A stretch of 64,000 nucleotides of DNA. It comes from an uncultured Acidobacteriota bacterium (GTDB lineage Bacteria > Acidobacteriota > Vicinamibacteria > Vicinamibacterales > 2-12-FULL-66-21). Of the stretch, positions 43,916-53,132 are shown in pieces. Each line of letters starts with the position of its first letter. Position 1 is the stretch's first letter. The notes beneath the pieces were generated by a model. That model was not told the DNA's origin and searched no databases. It saw nothing but the letters and a program-made list of their open reading frames with translations. The position numbers and the translations under genes are program-made. The stretch spans positions 459,020 through 523,019 of the forward strand of contig CAVSUB010000004.1 of the NCBI GenBank assembly GCA_963730995.1, written 5' to 3'.

Positions 43916-45151
43916 CTAGGCCCTGCCACCCTGAATCGCTGCCAGCTTGGGCCCGTCGCTGAAGGCCTCTTTCAGAATTCTTGTGAGCCTGGCTTGGCGC
44001 TCCGGCACCCAGCGGGCGTAATGCTCCCGCACCGTCTTCTCATCGTCGCCGAGCAGATCCGCAACATCGGCAACCGGAACACCCTTCTGCAACAGGATTC
44101 GCGCAAAAGTGTGGCGAAACCTGTGCGGAGTCGCGCGTTCTGTTCCGACGTCGGCGAGCTCGAACACCTTTCCGAGCCGCTCTCGCCATTTGTCGATCAC
44201 GCTGTCGAGCCGTTCGGTCCCACCGATCAGAAACGGGCGTTTGCCGTGCAGCTTGACCCGGGCGTTCAAGCGATCGCGCAGCCAATCGGGGATATGGGTG
44301 AACACATCACCGCCGTTTTTCTTCGCGCGGAGGAAAACTTCATTGCCATGAAGACGCTCGATATCGAATAGGACCACGTCCGAGATCCGAAGGCCCGTAT
44401 ACACCATCAGCCAGATGAAGTCCTTTAGATCCTCGCCGCTCCACGTGCCGTTGCCGTAACGGTTGCCCCATTTGCCGCTGCCGTAGAAATCGTTGATGAC
44501 GTCACAGGCCCTAATGATCTCCTCGAGCTGCTCGTCGGTGAACGGCGCCTTGTTGACCAGGCGATGAGCGCCAGTTGGTGGTTTCAGGTCAGGACTGACG
44601 GGCGACTTGACGAGCCACTCGCGGTTGACGGCGAAGCGGAAGAAGCTGCGAAGCCTCTCGAGCATCTTGGCTTTCGAGCGGGGTCCCAGCTTGCTCTTCG
44701 TGTAGAAGGTGTCCATGTCGCCAGGTCGGAACTGATCGAGGAACACGTAGCCCCGCGTATCGGCGTACGCTTGGAGCTGTTTCGTGAACGTCTTGTACTT
44801 GCGGTACGTGGGATTGGCGACGGTAGCCTCACGGGTGGCGAGAAGGACATTGCAGGCCTCCTCGATCGTGATACGCGGCGGCGTCTCTGAGACGGCGATT
44901 GGTTCCGGCTTCGGGGTGCCGGTCCAGGAGTCGGCGTTAATGTACTTGTCCGCGAGCCGGTGCGCCTCAGTCCAGTCGGCGGTCCCCGTGGCTTTCCGGG
45001 AGAACTTGCCGCCAAGTGTGCCTGAGACGAAGATGACGCACCCGCACCGCTTCCAGCCCTTCTTGCGTTCGTCGAACTCGCCGGAGCGGAACTCGGCAGA
45101 GTGGCCGCCTTCGCAGCCTGGACGATGTCGCCTGTACAGGTGAACGGCCAT
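43916..45151 (-). CDS. tyrosine-type site-specific integrase (intact)
   Basis: 411-aa ORF with catalytic region GLRISDV...ATPHRFRHTFARILLQKGVPVADVADLLGDDEKTVREHYARW. It sits 83 nt from the 3' end of tRNA-Ser, on the same strand. Confidence 0.9.
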   Translation of the reverse strand: MAVHLYRRHRPGCEGGHSAEFRSGEFDERKKGWKRCGCVIFVSGTLGGKFSRKATGTADWTEAHRLADKYINADSWTGTPKPEPIAVSETPPRITIEEACNVLLATREATVANPTYRKYKTFTKQLQAYADTRGYVFLDQFRPGDMDTFYTKSKLGPRSKAKMLERLRSFFRFAVNREWLVKSPVSPDLKPPTGAHRLVNKAPFTDEQLEEIIRACDVINDFYGSGKWGNRYGNGTWSGEDLKDFIWLMVYTGLRISDVVLFDIERLHGNEVFLRAKKNGGDVFTHIPDWLRDRLNARVKLHGKRPFLIGGTERLDSVIDKWRERLGKVFELADVGTERATPHRFRHTFARILLQKGVPVADVADLLGDDEKTVREHYARWVPERQARLTRILKEAFSDGPKLAAIQGGRA

Positions 45152-45234
45152 GGGGCATTCTAGCAGGATTGCCCGCTATTGCCCGCAAATCTCGTCTGAT
45201 TCCCGTAAGTTGTTGGTTTGATTATGGCGGAGAG

Positions 45235-45324
45235 AGTGGGATTCGAACCCACGGTAGAGTTTCCCCTACACACGCTTTCCAAGCGTGCTCCTTCAACCAC
45301 TCGGACATCTCTCCGTGTATTTCG
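45235..45324 (-). tRNA. tRNA-Ser (anticodon GGA), CCA encoded
   Basis: Hand fold: acceptor GGAGAGA/TCTCTCC; anticodon stem CACGC/GCGTG with loop TTGGAAA; long variable arm; T-arm GTGGG-TTCGAAT-CCCAC; discriminator G; CCA. Confidence 0.9.
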
Positions 45325-45533
45325 AATCAACAGTTTACAGGCTAGTGGTTGAGCCGGCAAACCCGAATCGTGATAGCGATTGTGATAGACCCCTGAATGT
45401 CTCGCGATCACTTACAGCCGCGACGCGCCCGCGGCGAACCCTGTCCAGTATAGCTGGCGTCGCGCACTGCGGCGATGCCCGACACATCAGAAGCGACGGT
45501 CAACCGTAGAGCCCAACCTGCGGTATCGCGATG

Positions 45534-45806
45534 TCAGATGGCCTCGTCGAACCGTCCCATCAGTGCCGCCATGGCTTCGTTTGGTGCCAAGTCCGCTTGC
45601 GAAAGCGGTCGCCCGGGAATCGTCTCGGCGTTGGTGAATTCGCCCAACCGTCGAAGCAACACTGCCGTTGGCGCCGCGTCTTCTCGCTCTAGGACAGTCA
45701 GGAGAAGGTCCCCGATGTCGGAATCAGCGCCGCCGGACGCAACTTGATGGGTACCGAATCCGATTGGGCTCAAATCGAACGGTACGATTCGGCGTTTTGT
45801 CAGCAC
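45534..45806 (-). CDS. hypothetical ORF (possibly the displaced C-terminus of the upstream nuclease-like relic)
   Basis: 90-aa ORF with no recognised family. Confidence 0.25.
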   Translation of the reverse strand: MLTKRRIVPFDLSPIGFGTHQVASGGADSDIGDLLLTVLEREDAAPTAVLLRRLGEFTNAETIPGRPLSQADLAPNEAMAALMGRFDEAI

Positions 45807-45922
45807 GATCTATCCTAGGCCGCCCAGACTCTGCCTCGCACCTTTCACCGTCTCAACGAAGGAGCCAGCGGCCACCGGAAAACTGACGATCCATCCGGCG
45901 TCGGCACCAGCGGCGATTGCGT

Positions 45923-46517
45923 CTACCGTTCGGCTGCGGATCGGAGGATAGTTGAGCAGCGTGTCAACAAACCGTGAGACCGAACTCGCCAAGCGTTTTC
46001 CGGGCTGATCAGGATGTCGTCGAACGGGAGCGCTCGACATGCCGGATCCTTCGGGCGCGGCTGCAGACACGGGAACAGCATCAGAACAACGCTGGTCGTA
46101 TCGACAATCACCCGGTGCATCCGATGCACGACCGTTGTCCATTCAACAGCCACAGCGTCGGCGATCGACAACGTCTCGATATTGTGTGAATGCGCCTTGT
46201 CCAGGGCATTCTGCGTAAAACCAGAGCGGGAAACCAGAATCAGCTTGTTCGTTGGAAGCGTAGCGTGCCTTCCGTGCTGTTGCTCGACCCATTCGACCGT
46301 GGCAGGGCGCGACCGGTCACAGCACTCGACGCAGAGGAACACCGGATAGTCACCTACCGCTGACTCGATGACGATGTCGACCTCGCGAAGTGCACCCGTC
46401 ACTCGATCACGCAACTCGCGTGATTCTTCGACGACCGCGCGGTCTCCCGCGATCGCATGGTGAATGGAGACAATGAGGCGCTGAAATTGATTGGAAGTTT
46501 TGGCACAGCGCTTCCAT
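45923..46517 (-). pseudogene. PD-(D/E)xK restriction-endonuclease-like (Mrr_cat-type) protein, frameshifted
   Basis: ATG at 46517 gives MEALCQNFQ. The frame then changes to RLIVSIHHAIAGDRAVVEESRELRDRVTGALREVDIVIES..GDYPVFLCVECCDRSRPATVEWVEQ...KLILVSRSGFTQNALDKAHSHNIETLS, a D...(E)C(C/K)D nuclease core pattern. Downstream frames change again. Confidence 0.55.
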
Positions 46518-46565
46518 CACATCCGCAATCGTCGTTAGCCAATCATTGAGGAGCTGCGCGAACAG

Positions 46566-47035
46566 ATGGAACGGGAAGAGCGTTTCTTCAATGAGTGGAA
46601 GGACTGGGCCACTGTCGAGCGCCGTCTGAAGGCGGCGATGGCGCGCGTGATCGAGCGTGACTCCGTGCTGCTTGAGGACTCCACCGGCGAGCGCTGCATT
46701 GCCCACCGGCTCGCCGTTTACCTCGAGAACGAGTTCGGCGGATGGCACGTGGATTGTGAATTCAACCGGCAGGGCAAGGAGGGGGCGCGCGACACGAAGC
46801 GCGTGAGTGCCAGTCCGGCTTTGCCAGAGTCCCGCAAAAGGGCAGGGCACGAAGGACGTCACGCCGGACATCGTTGTTCACCAGCGCCGCCGGGATGACC
46901 GGAACCTCCTAGCCATCGAGGTCAAGCCCTCAGACAGCAATGAGATCTCCACGGACCGCGAAAAGCTACGCAAGTACCTGACGGATGCCCACCTGCGATA
47001 CTCTTTTGCGGCGCTCGTAGCCTTCTCAGTCGCGG
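46566..47035 (+). pseudogene. small PD-(D/E)xK-like protein, frameshifted and fused to foreign 3' sequence
   Basis: ERCIAHRLAVYLENEFGGWHVDCEFNRQGKEG is in one frame. VTPDIVVHQRRRDDRNLLAIEVKPSDSNEISTDREKLRKYL is in the next. It is divergent from the 45923..46517 relic, with 48 nt between the starts. Confidence 0.5.
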
Positions 47036-47436
47036 CCGGCATGATCAAACCGATCGTCGGCGCTGGCTCGCAGTACATGAGCACGGCCAGGGACAAGAGC
47101 GGTGCGTGGTTGGATGGCGGCAAGAACTATCGACTACGAGTGCCGGCGAACGTCCCCGTCAAGGAATTCTGGTCGGTGACGGTCTACGACAACATGACGC
47201 GCTCGATGATCCAGACCGACACCAATAAAGCCGGTCTTGATTCCCACCAGCAACTGCAGGTGACTGCCGACGGGTCGGTCGATCTGTTCTTCGGTCCGGC
47301 AGCTCCAGCCGGGTTCGAGAGCAATTGGGTGAAGACGATCGCCGACAAGGGCTGCTTTACCTACTTTCGCTGGTACGGGCCAACGAAAGAATTCTTCGAC
47401 AAGACGTGGACGCTGCCCGACATCGAGCAGATCTAG
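47036..47436 (+). pseudogene. C-terminal DUF1214 fragment (5'-truncated), in frame with the preceding relic
   Basis: GAWLDGGKNYRLRVPANVPVKEFWSVTVYDNMTRSMI...ESNWVKTIADKGCFTYFRWYGPTKEFFDKTWTLPDIEQI. Only the last ~130 residues of a DUF1254/DUF1214 protein are present. Confidence 0.65.
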
Positions 47437-47455
47437 ATCATCACGAGAGGGCCCT

Positions 47456-48779
47456 GTGGCTACCGAACGGACGTCGGATCAGATCAGAGAAGAGCACGCG
47501 TATGTCGTCGGGGTTCAGGCGGCCCTCTGGGGGCGCCCACTTCCCGAGTACGCACAGCATGTATGAAGGCATCAAGCCGGGCGCGGGGTATCTGAACTAC
47601 CTGCACAAGTTCTCCGCGCTGAAGACGGCCGCCGATCGGTATGTCAACACGCCGAACAACGTCTCGATCGATGCCTACGGGAACGCCGATCTGCGCGACG
47701 AACCGATCGTCATCAGCGTGGCGGCGCTCCGCGAGACGCGCTGGTACATCGTCCAGATCGGCGACATGTTCGACGAGATCGTCTACAACATCGGCGGTTC
47801 GAAGGGCGCGGAGCCTGGTCTGTTCTGTCTCACCAGCCCCGACTATCACGGCCCGATTCCCGCGAACATGAAGGAGATCAAAGTCCGCACGACGATGGCG
47901 GTTGTCGCCAACCGCGTGTTCGTGAACGGCGAGGCCGACATCCCGGCCGCCCGCGCGGTGCAGGCCGGCATCCACATGCTGCCGCTGTCGGTGTTCCAGC
48001 GCCAGGGCCTGAAGTACGAGACGCCGAAGCCTGACCCTGAACGCCTGGCATTCGTACCGACCGCGCCGGAGCCCCTTCGACTCGTCGACCAGATTGGCTT
48101 CGGCATGACGCGCTATCTCTCCGCCAGCGACGACCATGCGGACCCGATGGTGGTGTCATTTCATCGCATCGGTCTGAGCGTCGCGAAGGGATTCGCATGG
48201 CAGACGCTGGATGACGCGGCCACGCGTGGACTGGCCCGCGCCGCCATCACCGCGGAACAGATCAACGAGGACACCTACGCGAATGCCGCGGAGATCGTCA
48301 ACGGCTGGCGCTACTCGATGGGCGGCGGCCGTGCAGGCTACGACCTGGCCCTGCGTGCGGCCTTCGCCACGCATCTGCTCGGCGCCAATGTTCCGGAGCA
48401 GCTGTTCTATCCGAACGTCCGAGTTGACGCCCAGAATCGCCCGCTCACCGGCAGCAACAAGTACGTGCTGCGCTTCGAGAAAGACAAGATCCCGCCGGTA
48501 TCGGTGTTCTGGAACATGAGCATGTACGACGACAAGGAGTTCTTCATCGAGAACGATTTCAAGCGTTACAGCATCGGTAGCACGACTGACGGACTGAAGT
48601 CGGACGCGGATGGATCGATCACGATCTACATCCAGCACGAGAACCCAGGTCCGGACAAACAGTCGAACTGGCTGCCAGCGCCGGCCGACGGTTTCAATCT
48701 GACGATGCGGCTGTACGGCGCGGAGAGTCCGATCCTCGATGGGTCGTATCGACTGCCCGCAGTAACACGGAGTGCCTGA
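47456..48779 (+). pseudogene. DUF1254 + DUF1214 domain protein; N-terminal ~35 codons are in a different frame
   Basis: From GTG 47456 the translation is VATERTSDQIREEHAYVVGVQAALWGRPLPEYAQHV*. The main ORF continues from MYEGIKPG (47559) to 48779 with NTPNNVSIDAYG, RWYIVQIGDMFDE and FWNMSMYDDKEFFIENDFKRYSIGS...SNWLPAP. It could still be expressed from 47559. Confidence 0.6.
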
Positions 48780-48858
48780 TGTCATCACCGCGAGCGCACG
48801 TCACCGGTGTTCGTCAGTGTGTGTAGATGTGTGTCGCGGAAGTGGAAGGCCGCGTTGC

Positions 48859-48899
48859 GTCAGAACTGTGTCACATACCCCCCGAAACCCTGGGGCAAC
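48859..48899. repeat. copy A of a ~40-bp dispersed repeat (gtcagaactgtgtcacatac..cccgaaaccc..ggcaac)
   Basis: It shares an identical 20-mer and 10-mer, plus ggcaac, with 59816-59854. The two copies differ by two 1-nt indels. Confidence 0.7.
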
Positions 48900-49336
48900 A
48901 CCGTCATTTACGGAGACACGTCGACGCACATCGATGTTGCGGAAGTCGTTGAATCGGAAGTGCGTTGGTGGGATTTGATGTGCGTCAGCACGGCGCGAGC
49001 GGAATCAATTTCCAAGCGTGCAGAGTTCTTACCCGGCTCGGGCTGGTACACAGCGAACGCAATCAGTGCGAAGCAGTATCCGGGGGGACAGGCGGACGAA
49101 GTGAGAATCCGTTACCGCGACGAGTCGGGCGGCGATCTTGTCGCGCTCAAAACCGCGTCGGGCAACGTCGCGAACGCGTTCATTGGATCCCTTCCGATGA
49201 TGGTGATGGAACAACAACGAATCTCGAAGCAGTGTCGCTGCTGACGCCAGAACAGAACCGCGTCACGCTGGAAGACCGCACGGAACGACCGCTTCAGAAC
49301 GAATAATGGGACAGGGACAGGACAGGGAGGCGGACG

Positions 49337-50254
49337 ATGAAGGCGATCGTGGTGACGGACCAGGCCGCGGGAACGGCCGGGATGACGCTGGTGGAGCGGC
49401 CCGAGCCGCAGGCCGCGATAAACGATGTCGTTGTTCAGGTTCATGCGTCGGGATTCGTTCCGACTGAGCTGGCGTGGCCCTCGACCTGGACCGATCGCCT
49501 CGACCTTGACCGGACGCCGTCGATCCCCGGGCACGAGCTGGCTGGAGTGGTCACCGCCCTCGGCTATGGCACGAGGGGGCTGTCGGTGGGACAGCGGGTG
49601 TTCGGCCTCACGGACTGGTATCGCGACGGCACCCTCGCGGAGTACGCGGCCGTCGAGGCACGCAACCTCGCGCCGCTGCCGGGCGACGTCGACTTCACGG
49701 TGGGCGCGAGCCTGCCGATCTCGGGCCTGACCGCGTGGCAGGGCCTGTCCGAGCACGGCCGCCTTCAGGCGGGGCAGAGCGTCCTCGTGCACGGCGCGGC
49801 CGGCGCCGTCGGGTCGATGGTGACGCAGCTCGCACGTGAGGCCGGCGCCTACGTGATCGGCACCGGACGCGCCGCCGACCGTCAGACGGTGCTCGACTTC
49901 GGCGCGCAGGAGTTCGTCGACCTCGCGAACGACGTCCTCGAAGATGTCGGCGAAGTCGATCTGGTGTTCGATGTCATCGGCGGCGACATCGGGAAGCGGT
50001 CCGCAGGCCTGATTCGAGCCGGAGGAACACTGGTGTCCATCGTCGGGCCGCCCGAGGCGCGGCCCGCCGACGGCCTGGCGGTCGACTTCGTAGTCGAGTC
50101 CGATCGGGCCCAACTGACTGAGATCGTCCGGCGGGTGCGTGACGGACGGCTGCGGACAAACATCGGCAGCCTCTCGCCCCTCGACGATGCCGTCGCCGCC
50201 TTGAACCCGACCAAGCGGATCAGGGGGAAGACGATCATCCGCGTTCGCCCGTGA
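49337..50254 (+). CDS. zinc-binding/MDR-family NADPH:quinone oxidoreductase-like dehydrogenase
   Basis: 305-aa ORF after GGGAGG (GHELAGVVTALG, VLVHGAAGAVGSMVTQLA). Confidence 0.9.
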   Translation: MKAIVVTDQAAGTAGMTLVERPEPQAAINDVVVQVHASGFVPTELAWPSTWTDRLDLDRTPSIPGHELAGVVTALGYGTRGLSVGQRVFGLTDWYRDGTLAEYAAVEARNLAPLPGDVDFTVGASLPISGLTAWQGLSEHGRLQAGQSVLVHGAAGAVGSMVTQLAREAGAYVIGTGRAADRQTVLDFGAQEFVDLANDVLEDVGEVDLVFDVIGGDIGKRSAGLIRAGGTLVSIVGPPEARPADGLAVDFVVESDRAQLTEIVRRVRDGRLRTNIGSLSPLDDAVAALNPTKRIRGKTIIRVRP

Positions 50255-50443
50255 GTTTCAGCTCGAGCTTCTTCCGCAGCTCCGCGACGACGCGGCGAGT
50301 CGTGTCGATGTCCTTGATCGCCAGGTCCTCGGAAAGACCGTTGGCCCACGGCGCTTGCACACGGTGGCCTCGTCGAACGTCCAGCGCCCCTTCTCGGTCA
50401 GCACGACGAGTGACGCTCGGCGGTGATGCGGGTTCACCTCGAG
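50234..50443 (-). pseudogene. C-terminal fragment of a MarR-family regulator, frameshifted
   Basis: LEVNPHHRRASLVVLTEKGRWTFDEATV is in one frame. WANGLSEDLAIKDIDTTRRVVAELRKKLEL is in another. There is no N-terminal half. Confidence 0.55.
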
Positions 50444-51916
50444 TGTAGGGAGCCTCTCATGCCGCTACTTCGCCCCCTCGACCCCGCGTTTCCGCTCGAC
50501 CGACAGCTCGTTTGCTTGTCCTTCATGTCGGTCCTCCTTGGATCGGCAGCGCAAAATCCCGGGCCAAGTGGACAGGAACCGACAATAGCGCCTCCACCGT
50601 CTTTGAATTTCTGTACCTTCAGTGGTCCTTTCGTCCGCATCGCATCCGCGGGCGCCGGATCGGAGGGCCTGGTTGTACGGGTCTCGCCTCCGTCATCGGT
50701 GCGCTATCTCAGGGGAGCTCCAATTGTCGTGCACATGTTCAGCGCAACCCCGAGCGTCAGCGGCTCGCTCGCTTGCCTGAGCGAACAACGGTTCGTCGAC
50801 GTCGGATTCCTGTGCCCCGGCGGACGGTACACCGAGTCGGACGGAACCGTGTCGAGAAGCGGAGGCCGAGGGCCGGTCGATCAGGCTCACGCGCAGAACT
50901 GCATCGAGCCCTTGGCAGATGTTCTCTCCTTTGCCACCGGAAAGACACGCTCCTTGGACGGTAGGTCGATTCACGACTACACCGGTCGCATACATGCCCT
51001 GACTGACCAGGTTGGCCTCATCGGCTGGTCGTTCGGCGGGACGCTGGCGACGCTCGCAATGGCGAGATACGGAGAGCGCTTCTCGGAGATGAAGTGGTTC
51101 GCCAGTTGGGAGTCTCCCATTGCAGGCACATGGGACGATGGACGTGGAAGCAGATTTCAGTCGAACCGCTTCTACCACCAGGATACCGACACGGTCGAAT
51201 TCGATCGTCTCCGGTACGATCCAGAGATGCCGGTGTGGGCATCGCCGACGCTGAGGCTGCAGCCTCAGGCGGATTGGCCTCGAGGCGGTCTGTTCCTCGA
51301 TGGCGACGGGAACGGCCGATTCAATAAGGACCGAGACTACGCGTTCACGGCGGACGTCGATCTCGGACCGCCGTTCAAGGTCTTCTATTCACCCACAGTA
51401 ATTCGTCAAGCGGCAGAGCGGAGTGTCTTCGGCCCTGTCTGGCCCGCCCACATCGCTTCGCAGGAGGCAGTTGAACGTCGAGCTCGCGAAACGGACGGGT
51501 TGGGTCAGATTCCAGCGGCAGTGAGACGATTCCCACGCATGGCGATTCTTGTGTTCGAATCGCAGCAACACCACGTTCGTGCCAGCGACCATTCTCAGGC
51601 GATCGCGCATGTGAACGCGTGGCTCGATGCCCGTGCGCGATGGGTCCGCTTCAACCCAGACGTGCACTACGTGGAGAGCGCAATGGGCAGAAAGCTCTCG
51701 CGCGACGTGCAGTACCCCGCAGGTCAGAAACTCGGTTGGAACTTGATCCGCGACTACCTGGAGCCGGAGGAGAGCGACGGCGGACCGACGGATGCCGAGG
51801 GGATGACCGCGGCCGCGTGCGAGTTAGCCGACCGAACCTACTACAAGAGTTGGGCGCCGCTGCTCCCGAGTGTGCTCATCCAGCACCACAATATCCCAAC
51901 CGGTCCGAGGCAGTAG
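50423..51916 (+). CDS. alpha/beta-hydrolase-like protein (start uncertain; 50459 possible)
   Basis: 497-aa ORF with a nucleophile-elbow-like motif (VGLIGWSFGGTLA). No closer family was recognised. Confidence 0.55.
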   Translation: MMRVHLECREPLMPLLRPLDPAFPLDRQLVCLSFMSVLLGSAAQNPGPSGQEPTIAPPPSLNFCTFSGPFVRIASAGAGSEGLVVRVSPPSSVRYLRGAPIVVHMFSATPSVSGSLACLSEQRFVDVGFLCPGGRYTESDGTVSRSGGRGPVDQAHAQNCIEPLADVLSFATGKTRSLDGRSIHDYTGRIHALTDQVGLIGWSFGGTLATLAMARYGERFSEMKWFASWESPIAGTWDDGRGSRFQSNRFYHQDTDTVEFDRLRYDPEMPVWASPTLRLQPQADWPRGGLFLDGDGNGRFNKDRDYAFTADVDLGPPFKVFYSPTVIRQAAERSVFGPVWPAHIASQEAVERRARETDGLGQIPAAVRRFPRMAILVFESQQHHVRASDHSQAIAHVNAWLDARARWVRFNPDVHYVESAMGRKLSRDVQYPAGQKLGWNLIRDYLEPEESDGGPTDAEGMTAAACELADRTYYKSWAPLLPSVLIQHHNIPTGPRQ

Positions 51917-52353
51917 CGGTCTCGCTCGCGTCGCGGCGATCTGTGCGCGACGTGTCACTCGCAGTTGATCGTTCGGCGTTCAAGACCGTCCGCCTCTCGG
52001 AGTACTTGTTTCCAGACTGACCAAGCGAGGAACTTCGTTGTAGGGGAAGTCGTTGTGGGAGTCTGCGTTGATGTTCCTTGCTGCTGATTTTGCGCGGCAC
52101 TCGATTACCATTCTCGGTCCAAGACTTAGTGCGGTCAGAATAGCGTCAGGACGGCTTCGGCGGTCGGAGAATCAACTTGCGTGAGTTTTTGGGAACTTCA
52201 AGATCGAGAGGATTTGACTTCCGAGCCCTTGATCCCGAAGGTCGAGTACACAAGGAGATGGAGCCTCATTTCTTTCCGCGCAGGATCTCGCAGCAGTCGA
52301 ACGCGGCTCGGCGGTCTTGAAAGCGCTAGACTCGGCCGAACGTCTGATGGTTT

Positions 52354-52932
52354 ATGCCAAAAATCAGATTCCAAGCCAAATTAACAGCAGTCGGCTCGCA
52401 AGCGATTCTCAGACTGCCGGAGGCCGCCAGCAGCAGGCTTCCCTCGCGCGGGATGAGCATGGTTGAAGGCACGTTGAACGGCCACGCTTTTCAGGCGCCG
52501 CTTGAGCCTGACGGAATAGGAAGCCACTGGTTCAGGGTCAGCAACACCATGCTCAGGGCTGCGGGAGCAGAGGTGGGCGACTCTGTGTCGGTTGCGCTAG
52601 AGCCGATGGCACTCTGGCCGGAGCCCAAGGTGCCCGCGGATTTGGCGGAAGCGTTTGCGTCTGATCCAGAAGCCCGCAGATTGTGGATGGACATCACGCC
52701 GGTGGCGCGCTGGGATTGGATTCGCTGGATAGGCTCAACCAGAAACCATGACACGCGCGCGATCCGGATAGAAAAGACGCTCTCGAAACTCCGGTCGGGA
52801 AAGCGGGCGGCCTGCTGCTTCAACCGCAGTCAATGCACCGACCCTTCGATGTCGCGCAATGGCGTGCTTCTCGAACCAACGCCCGCCATAGGAGAGTCCG
52901 AGGGGCGGAAGGCCAGATCGAGAAGAACCTGA
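52354..52932 (+). CDS. DUF1905 + YdeI/OmpD-associated domain protein
   Basis: FQAKLTAVGSQAILRLPEAASSRLPSRGMSMVEGTLNGHAFQAPLEPDG (DUF1905), followed by VPADLAEAFASDPEARRLWMDITPVARWDWIRWI (YdeI-like). Confidence 0.8.
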   Translation: MPKIRFQAKLTAVGSQAILRLPEAASSRLPSRGMSMVEGTLNGHAFQAPLEPDGIGSHWFRVSNTMLRAAGAEVGDSVSVALEPMALWPEPKVPADLAEAFASDPEARRLWMDITPVARWDWIRWIGSTRNHDTRAIRIEKTLSKLRSGKRAACCFNRSQCTDPSMSRNGVLLEPTPAIGESEGRKARSRRT

Positions 52933-52994
52933 CGCATTCGATGCTTGGCCGTTCATTGTGTTTGCAGTGGGCGGACGCCTCGGAGTTCTCGCTC

Positions 52995-53040
52995 TTTAAA
53001 AAGGATTACTTTGTATTACAAATGTATTCGTGATTAGATC
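52995..53040. promoter_or_regulatory. AT-rich island with a short inverted repeat upstream of the ADOP permease (possible promoter/operator)
   Basis: tttaaaaaggattactttgtattacaaatgtattcgtgattag stands out against the GC-rich background. It contains ttgta-t-tacaa and a repeated tgtatt. Function is inferred only from position. Confidence 0.2.
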
Positions 53041-53132
53041 GTGGCCATGTTCACGAGATCTTTGCTTCGATCCGCCAGCTCGATGAGCATGGCCCGATGC
53101 ACCGACATGTGCGGACGGGAGGAGTGGAGGGT

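Noticed and set aside
46501-46516. Sigma-54 promoter-like TGGCAC-N5-TTCC upstream of the 46566 ORF, noted because a sigma-54 activator gene is in the window.
   Set aside because: The -12 element is TTCC rather than TTGC. It overlaps the start codon of the divergent gene. No other TGGCAC site in the window has a proper -12 box.
48807-49244. 145-aa plus-strand ORF as a real gene.
   Set aside because: It has no recognisable family and starts inside the dispersed repeat. The opposite strand shows kinase-like remnants ending in the repeat. I left it unannotated rather than calling either strand.
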